Positions 33,758-42,714 of a DNA stretch of 64,000 bases are shown in pieces; position 1 is the stretch's first letter, and every line of letters starts with the position of its first letter. A model generated the notes under the pieces. That model was given only the letters and a program-made list of their open reading frames with translations, did not search any database and was not told where the DNA came from. The DNA is from a virus, in the IMG/VR virus record IMGVR_UViG_3300037483_001116, positions 1 through 64,000 of that record; one strand, 5' to 3'. The position numbers were made by a program, and so were the translations under genes.

Positions 33758-34569
33758 CAGTCCGCTGCCTCCGTCTCCGCTGTCGCCTCTGCTGCCGTCG
33801 CCTTTCGCGGCGCCCGCCTGGCCTTCGGCGGGATCGCCGGCTCCCACCGGATCACCTCGTACCGGCCGTAGCCCTGCGACCGCGAGGCACCGAACCCGTT
33901 CTGCTCACCCGTCACCCAGATCTGAGCCAGGTCCTCGGCAGTGAAGTCGTAGTCGCTGACCACAGTGAAATGAACCACCACGTCTTCGACGTACTCCTCG
34001 TTCTTGATGCCTGAGCCGCGGAACGTGGACACGAACTGCTGGTTCACGCCCGTCGGCTCCGTCACCGGCTCCCCGTCCTCCGTCCACAATGGAAGCCGGT
34101 TCTCCTGAACGAACAGGTGCTCGGCGATGAATCCGAGCAGACTCTTCCGCGTCGCCCCCCACCCCTTGGCCTTCAGCCGCTCGGTGGCCATCGCAATGCT
34201 CGCGGCCTCCTTGATGGCCGCCTTCAAGTGCCGACCTTCCATGAACAGCTGGTGGACCCCGTCGCACAGACCCTCAGGGCCGCAGTCGTCACACCGCTGC
34301 CGCTTGAAGCCGTTCAGGTGCTGACTGATATCGACAAGTTTTGTCGCCTCGTCTTTGGTGACGGGCTTGCCGGCCGCGGTCCGCTCCAACATCACCTCCG
34401 CGACCATTTCCTGAATGATCGAATCCTTGTCGGCCAACTTTGACCGAAGCCAACCCTCAGCGACCTTCTGGTTGGTTGGCGTGCCGCCAACCAACGTACC
34501 AATCAACAGTGATCCATTGAACTGGTACCGGTAGGCGGCGGCATGCTCGGCGGCAAAAACACTAGTCAT
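33757..34569 (-). CDS. stand-alone Cas7/Csm3-like RAMP protein
   Basis: N-terminal strand followed by LVGGTP; FMEGRHLKAAIKEAA (cf. IPGSSLKGAIR); EEYV..VVHFTV; C-terminal Gly-rich loop GFGASRSQGYGRYEV; CxxC..C..H insert; RBS AAGGAG. Confidence 0.8.
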   Translation of the reverse strand: MTSVFAAEHAAAYRYQFNGSLLIGTLVGGTPTNQKVAEGWLRSKLADKDSIIQEMVAEVMLERTAAGKPVTKDEATKLVDISQHLNGFKRQRCDDCGPEGLCDGVHQLFMEGRHLKAAIKEAASIAMATERLKAKGWGATRKSLLGFIAEHLFVQENRLPLWTEDGEPVTEPTGVNQQFVSTFRGSGIKNEEYVEDVVVHFTVVSDYDFTAEDLAQIWVTGEQNGFGASRSQGYGRYEVIRWEPAIPPKARRAPRKATAAEATAETEAAD

Positions 34570-34588
34570 GAGAATTGCTCCTTGAATT

Positions 34589-35890
34589 GGATTGTCGGCT
34601 AGGGAAGGGTCGGGTTGGATCGGGAAGGGTCGGGTAGTCGGATCGGGACGGGTCGAGGCGACGTGGCGAGGGCAGTCGGGTTGGGGCCGGAATCGGTTGG
34701 GTCGACTTGTCGGAACGGAGAAGTCGGTATGGGTTGAGGCTGGTCAGATCGGAGACGGGGCCGGAGCGGCTAGTCGGTATGGGGCACGGGATGGGCTGAG
34801 GTTGGGATGGGTAGTCGAATCGGGATGGGCTGGCACGGCTTGTCGAACTTGGGTCGACGTGGGTCGGGGGTGGACGGGTAGTCGGTGCGGGCCGGGTTGA
34901 AGTGGCCAGGGAAGTCGGGGTCGGGTGGGCTGGGGTAGTCGGTGGGGCTTGGGGAGGCGGGGGCCGAAGGGGGTAGTCGGGGATGGACAGGATTGGCGCG
35001 GGTCGCGTCGGGACGGGTAGTCGGGGGCTTGGGTCGGCACGGGTTGGTCGGTCAGCTAGGGCTGGGGCGACGGGGCGGGACACGGGTAGTCGGATAGGGC
35101 CGGGCAGGGTTTGGGTCGGCTAGTCGGTAAGGCTTGGGCGGTGTGGGGTGTGGCGTGGAGCGTCGGAAGGGGCGGGTAGTCGGCAGGGGCTCGGCTGGAC
35201 CGTGGGCGGGGTAGTCGGACGGGGCGAGGAGCGGGCTGCGGGGGAGGGGGTAGTCGGCGTGAAAGGGCATGGGATGGTCCGGGCAGTCGGGTCCGGGAAG
35301 GGTGGTTGATGGGCGGGGGTGGGGCGGAAGGGGTGGTCGAAATGGGCTGGGTCGACTGGGCCCGGGTGGGGAAGTCGGTACGGGCCGGGACGGGAAGGGT
35401 AGTCGGTTGGGTCGGGCTGCACTGAACTGGGCTGGGTAGTCGGGTGGGGCTGGAACTGACGGACTCGAACTGGAGTGGACTGTCGGGTGGGTTCGGGCGG
35501 GTCGGGGATTGGCCAGTCGGGTGGGTCGAGAGCGGCTGGAATCGGAGGGGCTAGTCGGTAAGTCGGGTGAGATGTGGAGCGGCACGGGATGGATAGTCGG
35601 ACGAGGCAAGGCGCGACTAGATTCCGGGCAGGCCAGTCGGGCGGGTGAGAAGTGGACCGGGGAGGCGCCGCGAGGGCTGGGTAGTCGGATGAGGGGCGGC
35701 GCGATAAGGGCTAGGTATGGCTTGTCGGATGGATGGGCATGTTGAGGCGTGGGTCGGTTAGTCGGTGCGGGTCGGCTTGAGGACGGGTCGAGGGGGCAGG
35801 GCCAGTCGGTGGGGTAGTCGGGTATGGCGGGGTAAGTCGGGTTGGGCCTGAGACGGCAAGGGCTGGGTGGTCGGTTCGGTCGGTCGCGAC
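34589..35890 (-). repeat. non-coding array: about 38 copies of CCGACWRNCC (+ strand GGGTAGTCGG) separated by variable 5-nt-periodic spacers
   Basis: Motif on + strand at 34632, 34670, 34768, 34876, 34933, 34971, 35015, 35084, 35118, 35174, 35209, 35248 ... 35865; strong G/C strand skew; strand assigned only from the flanking genes. Confidence 0.88.
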
Positions 35891-35892
35891 CT

Positions 35893-36417
35893 TCAATTGA
35901 TCGCGAGCCACAGGGCAGCAACCTGATCTTCGGTGAAGACGTCACCTACAGCCTGGTCGCTGCATCTTTTTGCGAGAGCCCGCAGGAACGCTTCCTGCAT
36001 CCGGTTCTGCCGAGCCCGTGCTGCGAAGTCGTCGGCCGCGAAGTTCAGCTCCGGCGCCCGCATGTCTTTCAGGTAGACCTTGATTCCGTCGGGACTGACG
36101 TACAGCTCTTGGAGAAAATGCGTCAACTTCTCCAGGGGCTCCGAGTCTCCTTCCTCGTGCAGCCTCGCGGCTTTCTCGAACACGGACCTTGAGGCCGTTT
36201 TCCGGTTGTAGCTGCGGGTCGACTGGTCCCGGTCGTTGATCAACCGGGTCACCATCGCCACCGCGCACAGGTCCAGAAAGCCGGCCAGCAGCTCAGGGTC
36301 GCGTTCGCGGAGCTGAGTGACGACGGCGTTGGCGACGCCGGGGGCAGACCAGGTGCCGACGCAGGCCACGTCGACCAGGTGCCGCATTTCCTGCATAAAG
36401 TCCCGACTGGCCGTCAC
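35893..36417 (-). CDS. hypothetical helical protein immediately upstream of the array
   Basis: GTG start with RBS AAGGAG; 174 aa; stop codon abuts the array. Confidence 0.75.
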   Translation of the reverse strand: MTASRDFMQEMRHLVDVACVGTWSAPGVANAVVTQLRERDPELLAGFLDLCAVAMVTRLINDRDQSTRSYNRKTASRSVFEKAARLHEEGDSEPLEKLTHFLQELYVSPDGIKVYLKDMRAPELNFAADDFAARARQNRMQEAFLRALAKRCSDQAVGDVFTEDQVAALWLAIN

Positions 36418-36435
36418 GATGCCTACTCCTTCCTT

Positions 36436-36720
36436 CCATATGGACCCCCGCCGCCCAGAGCCCGTGATCCTTAACGTGGCGGCGGGGGTGCTGGATATAG
36501 CCCGGGGGTTTCGACCGTTCGACAAAGGGTCCGGTTGTTGAGGCCAGCACACAGGGGCTGGTGTCGCACCGGGGCCGACGACACGCCTCCTGGCCGCACC
36601 GAAGGGCGCCCGGCATACATTTCTTTCCGGGACCGGGGGGCCCTGCTCAGCGCCAGTTCGCAAGGGAGCAGGGACCTCCAGTGGCCCGCATACTGCGCCG
36701 GGTGTGACTCCGGCTACAGG
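36436..36720 (-). ncRNA. highly structured intergenic RNA candidate
   Basis: 12-bp perfect inverted repeat 36444-55/36478-89 plus CCCTGCTC/GAGCAGGG, GTGTCG/CGACAC and CCAGC/GCTGG stems. Confidence 0.4.
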
Positions 36721-36724
36721 CCAG

Positions 36725-37756
36725 CTACTTGCCGCCGTCCGTGTCGACGGCGACCGTCTCGTCGCTGGGGCCGCTGCGAGCGGCCGGCTCCAGCGTCCAG
36801 TCAGGCAGCTTGCGCCGCGCCGACCGCAGGCCTTCGTTGTACCGGGCGATGAGGGCCCGGATCAGGTTGATGGCCAACGAACCGTTGCGGACCGTCTTGA
36901 TGGTCTTGGCGTGGCCGACCAAACCGTCCGAGCCGTTCTTGTGGCTGGCCAGCTTGGCGTACAGGTTCTCCTCGTCGACCTGCGAGCCGAAGTGGTCGTA
37001 CAGCCAGAAAAATGCTTCGACGACCTGTGCGTCGTAGCAGCCGCCCGTCCGGGTCTCGTCGTAGATGTTCTGCACCTGCGTCAGCGCCCACCGCAGGTTC
37101 GTGGTCCCGTTGCGTCGGGCCACCAGCCGCCGGCTTGACGCCGCACCCGAGTAGCCCTTCGCCGTTCCGAACGGAATGCCTAGGTCGTCCAGGATCTTCT
37201 GCACGGCCAGGACGTTCGGGTCCCCCTCGGTCCGGGCGATCTCGAACAGTTGTACCGGCGACACGTTCCGCTTCTCGTTGAGAACCCGGAACAGCTTGGC
37301 CGCGGTGGGCAGCGTCAGGTTGTAGTGCACGTCGACGCGGATGTCGCCGTTGTAGCCGGCCAGCAGGGCACCGGCTCGTCGCTGCTGGCCGTCGAGGGTG
37401 AAGTACCGGAACTTGCCGGTTTCCGCATCCCATCGAGCCCACACGGTGGCGGTGCCGAGGGCCTCCTTCATGAAGGTCCTGGCAATCTTGTTGATCTCCG
37501 TGGGTACCTCGGGTCGCTGGATCCGCGAGTCGATCTCCATCTCGGACAGTGGCAGCCAGCCGTGCTCGACGTAGTGGCCAACGTCATCGACCTGGAAGCC
37601 TTCGAGCGACTCCGGCGCGGCGGCATTCTCGTCGACAACGAGAGCCGACCGGCCACGGCGGCCAGCGGCCATGTCCTTGACGGTCACGGTCTTGATGGTG
37701 GGGTCCTCAGCCGGCGCCGTCGGCGCCCTGAACTCAGGTTTGGTCGGTGGGGTCAT
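36725..37756 (-). CDS. ParB/Srx-fold protein (DUF6551/DndB-like)
   Basis: IDSRIQR, FTLDGQQR, AAKLFRVLN motifs. Confidence 0.7.
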   Translation of the reverse strand: MTPPTKPEFRAPTAPAEDPTIKTVTVKDMAAGRRGRSALVVDENAAAPESLEGFQVDDVGHYVEHGWLPLSEMEIDSRIQRPEVPTEINKIARTFMKEALGTATVWARWDAETGKFRYFTLDGQQRRAGALLAGYNGDIRVDVHYNLTLPTAAKLFRVLNEKRNVSPVQLFEIARTEGDPNVLAVQKILDDLGIPFGTAKGYSGAASSRRLVARRNGTTNLRWALTQVQNIYDETRTGGCYDAQVVEAFFWLYDHFGSQVDEENLYAKLASHKNGSDGLVGHAKTIKTVRNGSLAINLIRALIARYNEGLRSARRKLPDWTLEPAARSGPSDETVAVDTDGGK

Positions 37757-38805
37757 GAATCCTTCTCCAGGTAATCTGCGTACGCCGTCACCACGCGGCT
37801 CAGGCGATTGAACTTGTTCACAGCCGCCCGGATGGCTTTGGCTGCGTTCCTTGCGTCGTCGGCGCGCACACTGGGGCGAAGATGTGTGTACGCGTCGGCC
37901 TCGATGCCGAAACCCTCCAGCGCCTGCGACAAGCGCGCCAAAGTTTGGGCATCAAGTTCCCGGCCCGTTGCCGTCGGGTCGGCTGCAATGACCGCCTTTC
38001 GTTCAGTGACGGTTGGCTCCCCGAACTTGCGTCGGACCTTGCCAGTTTTCAGGTCGACCAGGTCCTTCCCGGCCGCGACCCACTTCACCTTCTTCAGTAG
38101 CGCCGTCATCGTCATGGCGTCGCTGTCGCCGTTTTCCAGCCGCAGGGCATCGGTTCGCAGCTCGTCGGCATACTGCAGAAGTGCCTTAGCCGCTGCCGCA
38201 CCTTGGGTCTGAAGTGTGTCCTCGTGGACGAGGGCTTCCTGGATGCCGATAGCTTCCAGATTCCAGTGAATCTCCCGGACGGTGCGTAGGTCGGCCTGCC
38301 GCCAGCCCAACGCCTGGGCCACCTCGGCGACGTAGTCACTTTCCCGCTTCGCGGTGCCGCTCTTGTGCCGGCCAGGCGGGGCGCCTGACGCCTTGCGGGT
38401 GGCCCGGCTGGTACGCCACCGCTCCTGCCGGCGGTGCTGGTACAGCAGCTCGATCGGCCCCGAGACCAGATCCACCACCTCGGCCCACGTCATCGGGTCA
38501 TGCGGCAGGCTCGCCTCCAGGTCCCGGGCTTTGCGGTAGAAGTCGCACACGGTGGGCCAGTCGGTGGTGACCAGGACCGGAACGTCGCGCCAGCCGAGCG
38601 ATTCGAGTCGGGCGAAGCGTCGGGCACCGTCGACCATGACCAGTTCCTCGGTGAGCAGCAACGGCAGCATGAGGCCGTCGTTGTCGAGTGATGCCAACAG
38701 GTCATCGTCGTTGTCGAAGAGGTCGGCGTCACGGCGGACCCAGGTGAGGTTTGCGTCTCGGATCTGCCGTACCGGCAGGCGCACGTCGGTGGCAAGGGGT
38801 TCCAA
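37753..38805 (-). CDS. ParB N-terminal domain protein
   Basis: LLASLDNDGLMLPLLL...MVDGARRF..LESLGWRDVPV. Confidence 0.75.
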   Translation of the reverse strand: MEPLATDVRLPVRQIRDANLTWVRRDADLFDNDDDLLASLDNDGLMLPLLLTEELVMVDGARRFARLESLGWRDVPVLVTTDWPTVCDFYRKARDLEASLPHDPMTWAEVVDLVSGPIELLYQHRRQERWRTSRATRKASGAPPGRHKSGTAKRESDYVAEVAQALGWRQADLRTVREIHWNLEAIGIQEALVHEDTLQTQGAAAAKALLQYADELRTDALRLENGDSDAMTMTALLKKVKWVAAGKDLVDLKTGKVRRKFGEPTVTERKAVIAADPTATGRELDAQTLARLSQALEGFGIEADAYTHLRPSVRADDARNAAKAIRAAVNKFNRLSRVVTAYADYLEKDS

Positions 38806-38854
38806 GACGATGCATCTCCTTCCGTGGTTAGGGGCTGTGCTTCTGACTCGACCG

Positions 38855-38884
38855 AAGCTACAGGGGTAGGTGGGGGTGTGTCAA
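38855..38884 (-). promoter_or_regulatory. sigma70/HrdB-type promoter of the ParB-array-RAMP operon
   Basis: TTGACA-18nt-TAGCTT. Confidence 0.7.
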
Positions 38885-38951
38885 GGGTAAGTGTGTAAGG
38901 AAGCTTCGCTAGCGCCCAAACTCGCAACGCCGCAAGATCAACTCAAAGGTA

Positions 38952-38984
38952 GAAAAAAGGGCCCAGGAGCAAGCCCCCAGGCCC
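38952..38984 (-). terminator. intrinsic terminator
   Basis: GGGCCTGGGG..TCCTGGGCCC hairpin followed by T6. Confidence 0.65.
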
Positions 38985-38991
38985 GTGGCCC

Positions 38992-39399
38992 TCAATCCCA
39001 CCACGCCAACGGATCCGGTCGGCGACCCGGCTCCACTACATCAGCCACATCGCCGCAACCGTTGTACAGCTGCTTGACCTTCACCCCGAAATCCCGGACC
39101 CCGCACCGGTTCGGACCGTGGAAATAGATCTTCCGGTCCCATTGCCGCGGCGGCCAGGTGTAGTACCTCCGGTCCCAACCATCAGGCACCCACCGACACT
39201 GCGGTACATCCCACTGCCGCTTAGACATACGGATCCGGCGAACATCAGCACGGATTGGGGCCTCGGGCAGCGTACAGTGATCGGCCCGCGGGCGGTCCCG
39301 CAAGATCGTGGTGGTTCGGTCAGGACAGCACCAGTCATGATCAGGGACGTAGTATTCGGCCCGCACCCAGAACGGTGCGTCCTTGTCGGTTCGAGACAT
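38992..39399 (-). CDS. hypothetical protein (MSRTD family; paralog of 62430-62720)
   Basis: Shared MSRTD...P..V N-terminus. Confidence 0.6.
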   Translation of the reverse strand: MSRTDKDAPFWVRAEYYVPDHDWCCPDRTTTILRDRPRADHCTLPEAPIRADVRRIRMSKRQWDVPQCRWVPDGWDRRYYTWPPRQWDRKIYFHGPNRCGVRDFGVKVKQLYNGCGDVADVVEPGRRPDPLAWWD

Positions 39400-39590
39400 G
39401 TGCACGGCTCCTCGCCGCGCCGGACCTTCCGGCACCTAACACATGCCGACCTCCTTTACCGTCTCCTCGAAGTTGAAGGGGGACGCAGGTCCCGTCTCCA
39501 CCGCCTCGGGCACTCATGCACGGGAGGACCCGAAGCAGTATCTTGAACGGCCTTTACTGCACGATTGGAAGCAGCGTCAACGTCCCCCAG

Positions 39591-39664
39591 TGCCCCGGGC
39601 GAGATTCGAACTCGCGGCCCTCTCCTTAGGAGGAAGATGCTCTTTTCCGCTGAGCTACCGGGGC
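39591..39664 (-). tRNA. tRNA-Arg(CCT)
   Basis: Cloverleaf; anticodon loop CTCCTAA. Confidence 0.9.
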
Positions 39665-40235
39665 AAAAGTTGAGGATACATGCAGGAGCCCCGCAGCTGA
39701 ATCGTCGGCTTCTTCTCGGACTGGTTAAGTCCTCCACCTCCCCAGCTGCGGGGCTCTTGCGCCCAAATCTTCCCGCCTGCTGCTTGTAGGAGGAAGTTAA
39801 TGGGCCCCCGACATTGCTGTCGGGGGCCAGCCCTGATGCCCTCCGGCGGTGCCATACCGGTCGGTAAGCCTCTGGCGAAACCGGCCGGAGCCGGCGAGAG
39901 GAGCGGACAGCGGAACCAGCCAGAAAACGCTGTCCTAGCCAGAAACTCTGGGACTTGTTTGGTTCAAGGGGCGCCACACCGCTAGCCGGGGGGACCGTAC
40001 GGAGGGCAGCGACCCTTGCCCCACGGACCAAGATACCCGCCCCAGGGGCCGATGTCTCGCATCCAGATGTCAGACCTTACGTGCCCCAGCGGCTGGCATC
40101 GAGCCAGCGCGGCGACCAACGGAGGTGAGCCCGCGATCCCGCCACCTTGAAGCCTGGTGCGGGGCTTGCGGTGTGCCGAGAACCTTGTGGGCCCTCGGCC
40201 TCCCGCTGCAATGTTCGTGCTTTGGTGCTGAACCC

Positions 40236-40265
40236 ACAGTACGCACCCCCACCTCCGGGTGTCAA
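40236..40265 (-). promoter_or_regulatory. sigma70-type promoter driving a non-coding region and tRNA-Arg
   Basis: TTGACA-18nt-TACTGT. Confidence 0.65.
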
Positions 40266-40318
40266 GACTCGGGGTCAAGATTCTTTAGGAAACAGGACAA
40301 ATGATCTAACATCCGTAT

Positions 40319-42553
40319 ATGGGTTTGTCACTGCAGGACCGCGTCGCGCAGCTCCCCGTCGAGGAACGGAACGCGTGGCTTGCCGAGCTGCCCGATTACC
40401 TGATCCGCGAAATGGAGAGGGGCGAATGGTGGTGGGTTAGTCGGCCAGAACAGGTGCCACCAGAAGGCGGATGGTTTATCTGTCTTGCATTAGCGGGGCG
40501 CGGATTTGGCAAGTCTAGGTCGGGTTCAGAATGGATCGTAAACCAAGCCCTAAAGCACCCATATGATAGCCAAGGCGTCCCTACTGAATGGCTAGTAATT
40601 GCGGAAACCCTATCAGACGCACGCACCATTTGCATGGAGGGGCCTGCGGGCATCATTCGGGTACTGGAGCGTCGGGAGATCAGGCACAGGTACAAACAGA
40701 GTCCTCGCCCCATGATCCTTTTCCCCAACGGATCGAAGATCTACACTGAAGGTGCCGATGATCCAGATGTGGCCCGCGGATATTCGTCGTCCGGGGCATG
40801 GCTGGATGAGATCTGTGTCGCCGAGGATGAGCCCATCGTTACGACCCGGGGCTCCATCCCGGTACAAGACGTGCTCACGGGAGACAGAGTACTAACTAGA
40901 GGTGGCTGGCGCCGAGTCACACGTGCTGGGCTCACCCAACATGATGCTGAGCTTCTGGAGATATCGACTGCTTTTGGCGGCGTTAGGGTCACCCCGGAAC
41001 ACCGGGTGTGGTGTAACGGGCGCTGGACACAGGCCAAGGATGTACGTCCAGGTAGTGTGCTGACATGCCTGACGTCAGTCGACCCACGCTCCCAGATCCC
41101 AAGCCAAGCGACGCGCCAGCCCTCTTCGAGTGGGATGGCGAGATCTGGTACTACAACAGAGCATGGGGCTACCACAACAACAGTGCTGGATACCCGCTCC
41201 ACAGAGCTGTATGGGCACGAGCGTATGGACCAATTCCGCCAGGGTTCGAGATCAATCACAAGAACCGAATCCCCTGGGACAATAGACTCGAAAATCTTGA
41301 AATCCTTACAGCGGCTGCCCATCGCCGCCTTACCTGGGAACAACGTAGAGCCCAGCCCGGGACCCGGGTTATCCGCGAACGTGGTTGGCGAACACTTACT
41401 TGCCCAGAATGCGGTGACGAATTTAAAACCACCCATTGGAAAAAGATCTTCTGCAATCGTCACTGCAATAATGCCGCAAACAAGGAAACCAAGCGGCGCA
41501 ATCGTGCTCAACGTGCAGCCGGTGAGCAAATCCAACGTCTATGACGTAACCGTAGAGGGAGACTGGCCCGAGTTCTTTGCCGGCTCGGGCCAGATCCTCG
41601 TGCATAACTGCAAGTGGAAGTACCCAAAGCTTTCGTGGGAAAGCGGGATTATGCCCTCCCTACGAGCTGACCTTATTGGGGACCATCCTCGCGCCTTTGT
41701 TACAACTACGCCTAAGCCGATCAATATTTTGGAAGAGTGGGTTAGGCGCAACGACGGTACCGTCCACGTAATTCGAGGTTCTACGTTTGACAATGCCTCG
41801 AACCTGTCGGCCCTCGTCATTACCGAATTGCGTAAAAGATACGACGGGACCGCAGTAGGTCGCCAGGAACTGTATGGCGAAATGATCGAAGGCTTCGAGG
41901 GGGCCCTCTTCACTCGCCTTGACATCGAAAATAACCGCCTCGATACCGTTCCGGATAACCTCATTGCCACCGTCGTCGGTGTCGACCCTTCCCTCACCGG
42001 CGAGGACGATGAAATGGGTATTGTCGTTGTCGCCCGGGACCGCAACAATCACCTTCACGTCCTGGCCGACCGTTCCATCATGGGCGTTGGACGATCCGCG
42101 GCCCTGGAGGCCTGGCGCGTGGTGGCCGACTGGGGCGCCAACGAATTGATCTGCGAGGTCACCATCGGTAAACGGTGGATGCAGCAGGTGTTCCACGACG
42201 CTTACTACGAGCTGGTCAAGCAGGGCATGTTCCCGGAAAACACGAAGCCGCCCATCAAGGGCGTCGACAGCAAGATTGGCAAAAAGCTCCGCGCCGAACC
42301 TATTGGTATGCGCTGCGAACAGGGACGACTCCATCACGTCGGCTACTTCGAAAAACTGGAAGATCAGATGGTGACGTTCACGGGCTGGGGAAATGAGGAA
42401 TCCCCCGACCGGCTCGACGCTATGGTCCATGCGGCCAGATATCTCCTTGAAGGGGAAAAGAAGCAGGCCCGGATCTCGTCGCCGCAGGATGTCCTTTCTT
42501 CTACGTTGCAGTCGCTTTGGGCTGAGGTGGGCAGTTACCGGGCCGACTTCTAG
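40319..42553 (+). CDS. terL: terminase large subunit, intein-containing
   Basis: AGRGFGKS Walker A, AWLDEI Walker B, VTTTPK, VGVDPS, SPDRLDA nuclease motifs. Confidence 0.95.
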   Translation: MGLSLQDRVAQLPVEERNAWLAELPDYLIREMERGEWWWVSRPEQVPPEGGWFICLALAGRGFGKSRSGSEWIVNQALKHPYDSQGVPTEWLVIAETLSDARTICMEGPAGIIRVLERREIRHRYKQSPRPMILFPNGSKIYTEGADDPDVARGYSSSGAWLDEICVAEDEPIVTTRGSIPVQDVLTGDRVLTRGGWRRVTRAGLTQHDAELLEISTAFGGVRVTPEHRVWCNGRWTQAKDVRPGSVLTCLTSVDPRSQIPSQATRQPSSSGMARSGTTTEHGATTTTVLDTRSTELYGHERMDQFRQGSRSITRTESPGTIDSKILKSLQRLPIAALPGNNVEPSPGPGLSANVVGEHLLAQNAVTNLKPPIGKRSSAIVTAIMPQTRKPSGAIVLNVQPVSKSNVYDVTVEGDWPEFFAGSGQILVHNCKWKYPKLSWESGIMPSLRADLIGDHPRAFVTTTPKPINILEEWVRRNDGTVHVIRGSTFDNASNLSALVITELRKRYDGTAVGRQELYGEMIEGFEGALFTRLDIENNRLDTVPDNLIATVVGVDPSLTGEDDEMGIVVVARDRNNHLHVLADRSIMGVGRSAALEAWRVVADWGANELICEVTIGKRWMQQVFHDAYYELVKQGMFPENTKPPIKGVDSKIGKKLRAEPIGMRCEQGRLHHVGYFEKLEDQMVTFTGWGNEESPDRLDAMVHAARYLLEGEKKQARISSPQDVLSSTLQSLWAEVGSYRADF
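40814..41608 (+). mobile_element. intein (265 aa) inserted just after Walker B of TerL
   Basis: Block A CVAEDEPI, block B VTPEHRV, blocks F/G VYDVTV...ILVHN followed by +1 Cys. Confidence 0.93.
41065..41544 (+). CDS. HNH homing endonuclease nested out of frame inside the intein
   Basis: LHRAVW...GPIPPGFEINHKNRIPWDNRLENL; CPECG..FCNRHC Zn finger. Confidence 0.85.
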   Translation: MPDVSRPTLPDPKPSDAPALFEWDGEIWYYNRAWGYHNNSAGYPLHRAVWARAYGPIPPGFEINHKNRIPWDNRLENLEILTAAAHRRLTWEQRRAQPGTRVIRERGWRTLTCPECGDEFKTTHWKKIFCNRHCNNAANKETKRRNRAQRAAGEQIQRL

Positions 42554-42714
42554 CGTTTGTCCGCATTCCGCCACGGGTATGAGATGATCGTCTAGGCCCA
42601 ACCACCGGGGAGTTCACCATGTGCCAATGTCGCTGCGCGTCGCCGCCAGGACCTGACGGCACCCTCAGCGCCTTCACCCTCATTTTGATCACTCTCACCC
42701 GTATGGAGGAAACA

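Noticed and set aside
34589-35890. Canonical CRISPR array
   Set aside because: The conserved unit is only about 10 nt, degenerate and non-palindromic; the spacers are themselves patterned; no cas1, cas2 or cas6 is present.
34589-35890. Simple satellite or G-quadruplex tract as the full explanation
   Set aside because: Units are non-identical, with a two-level organisation and exact placement between two genes. G4 formation is possible but does not explain this structure.
34562-35945. Pro/Arg-rich or Gly-rich ORFs across the array (34562-35083, 35052-35945 and others)
   Set aside because: The periodicity is 5 nt, not 3. The repeated motif falls in all frames (PDYP, PTTR, RLP), so these ORFs are by-products of a C-rich strand.
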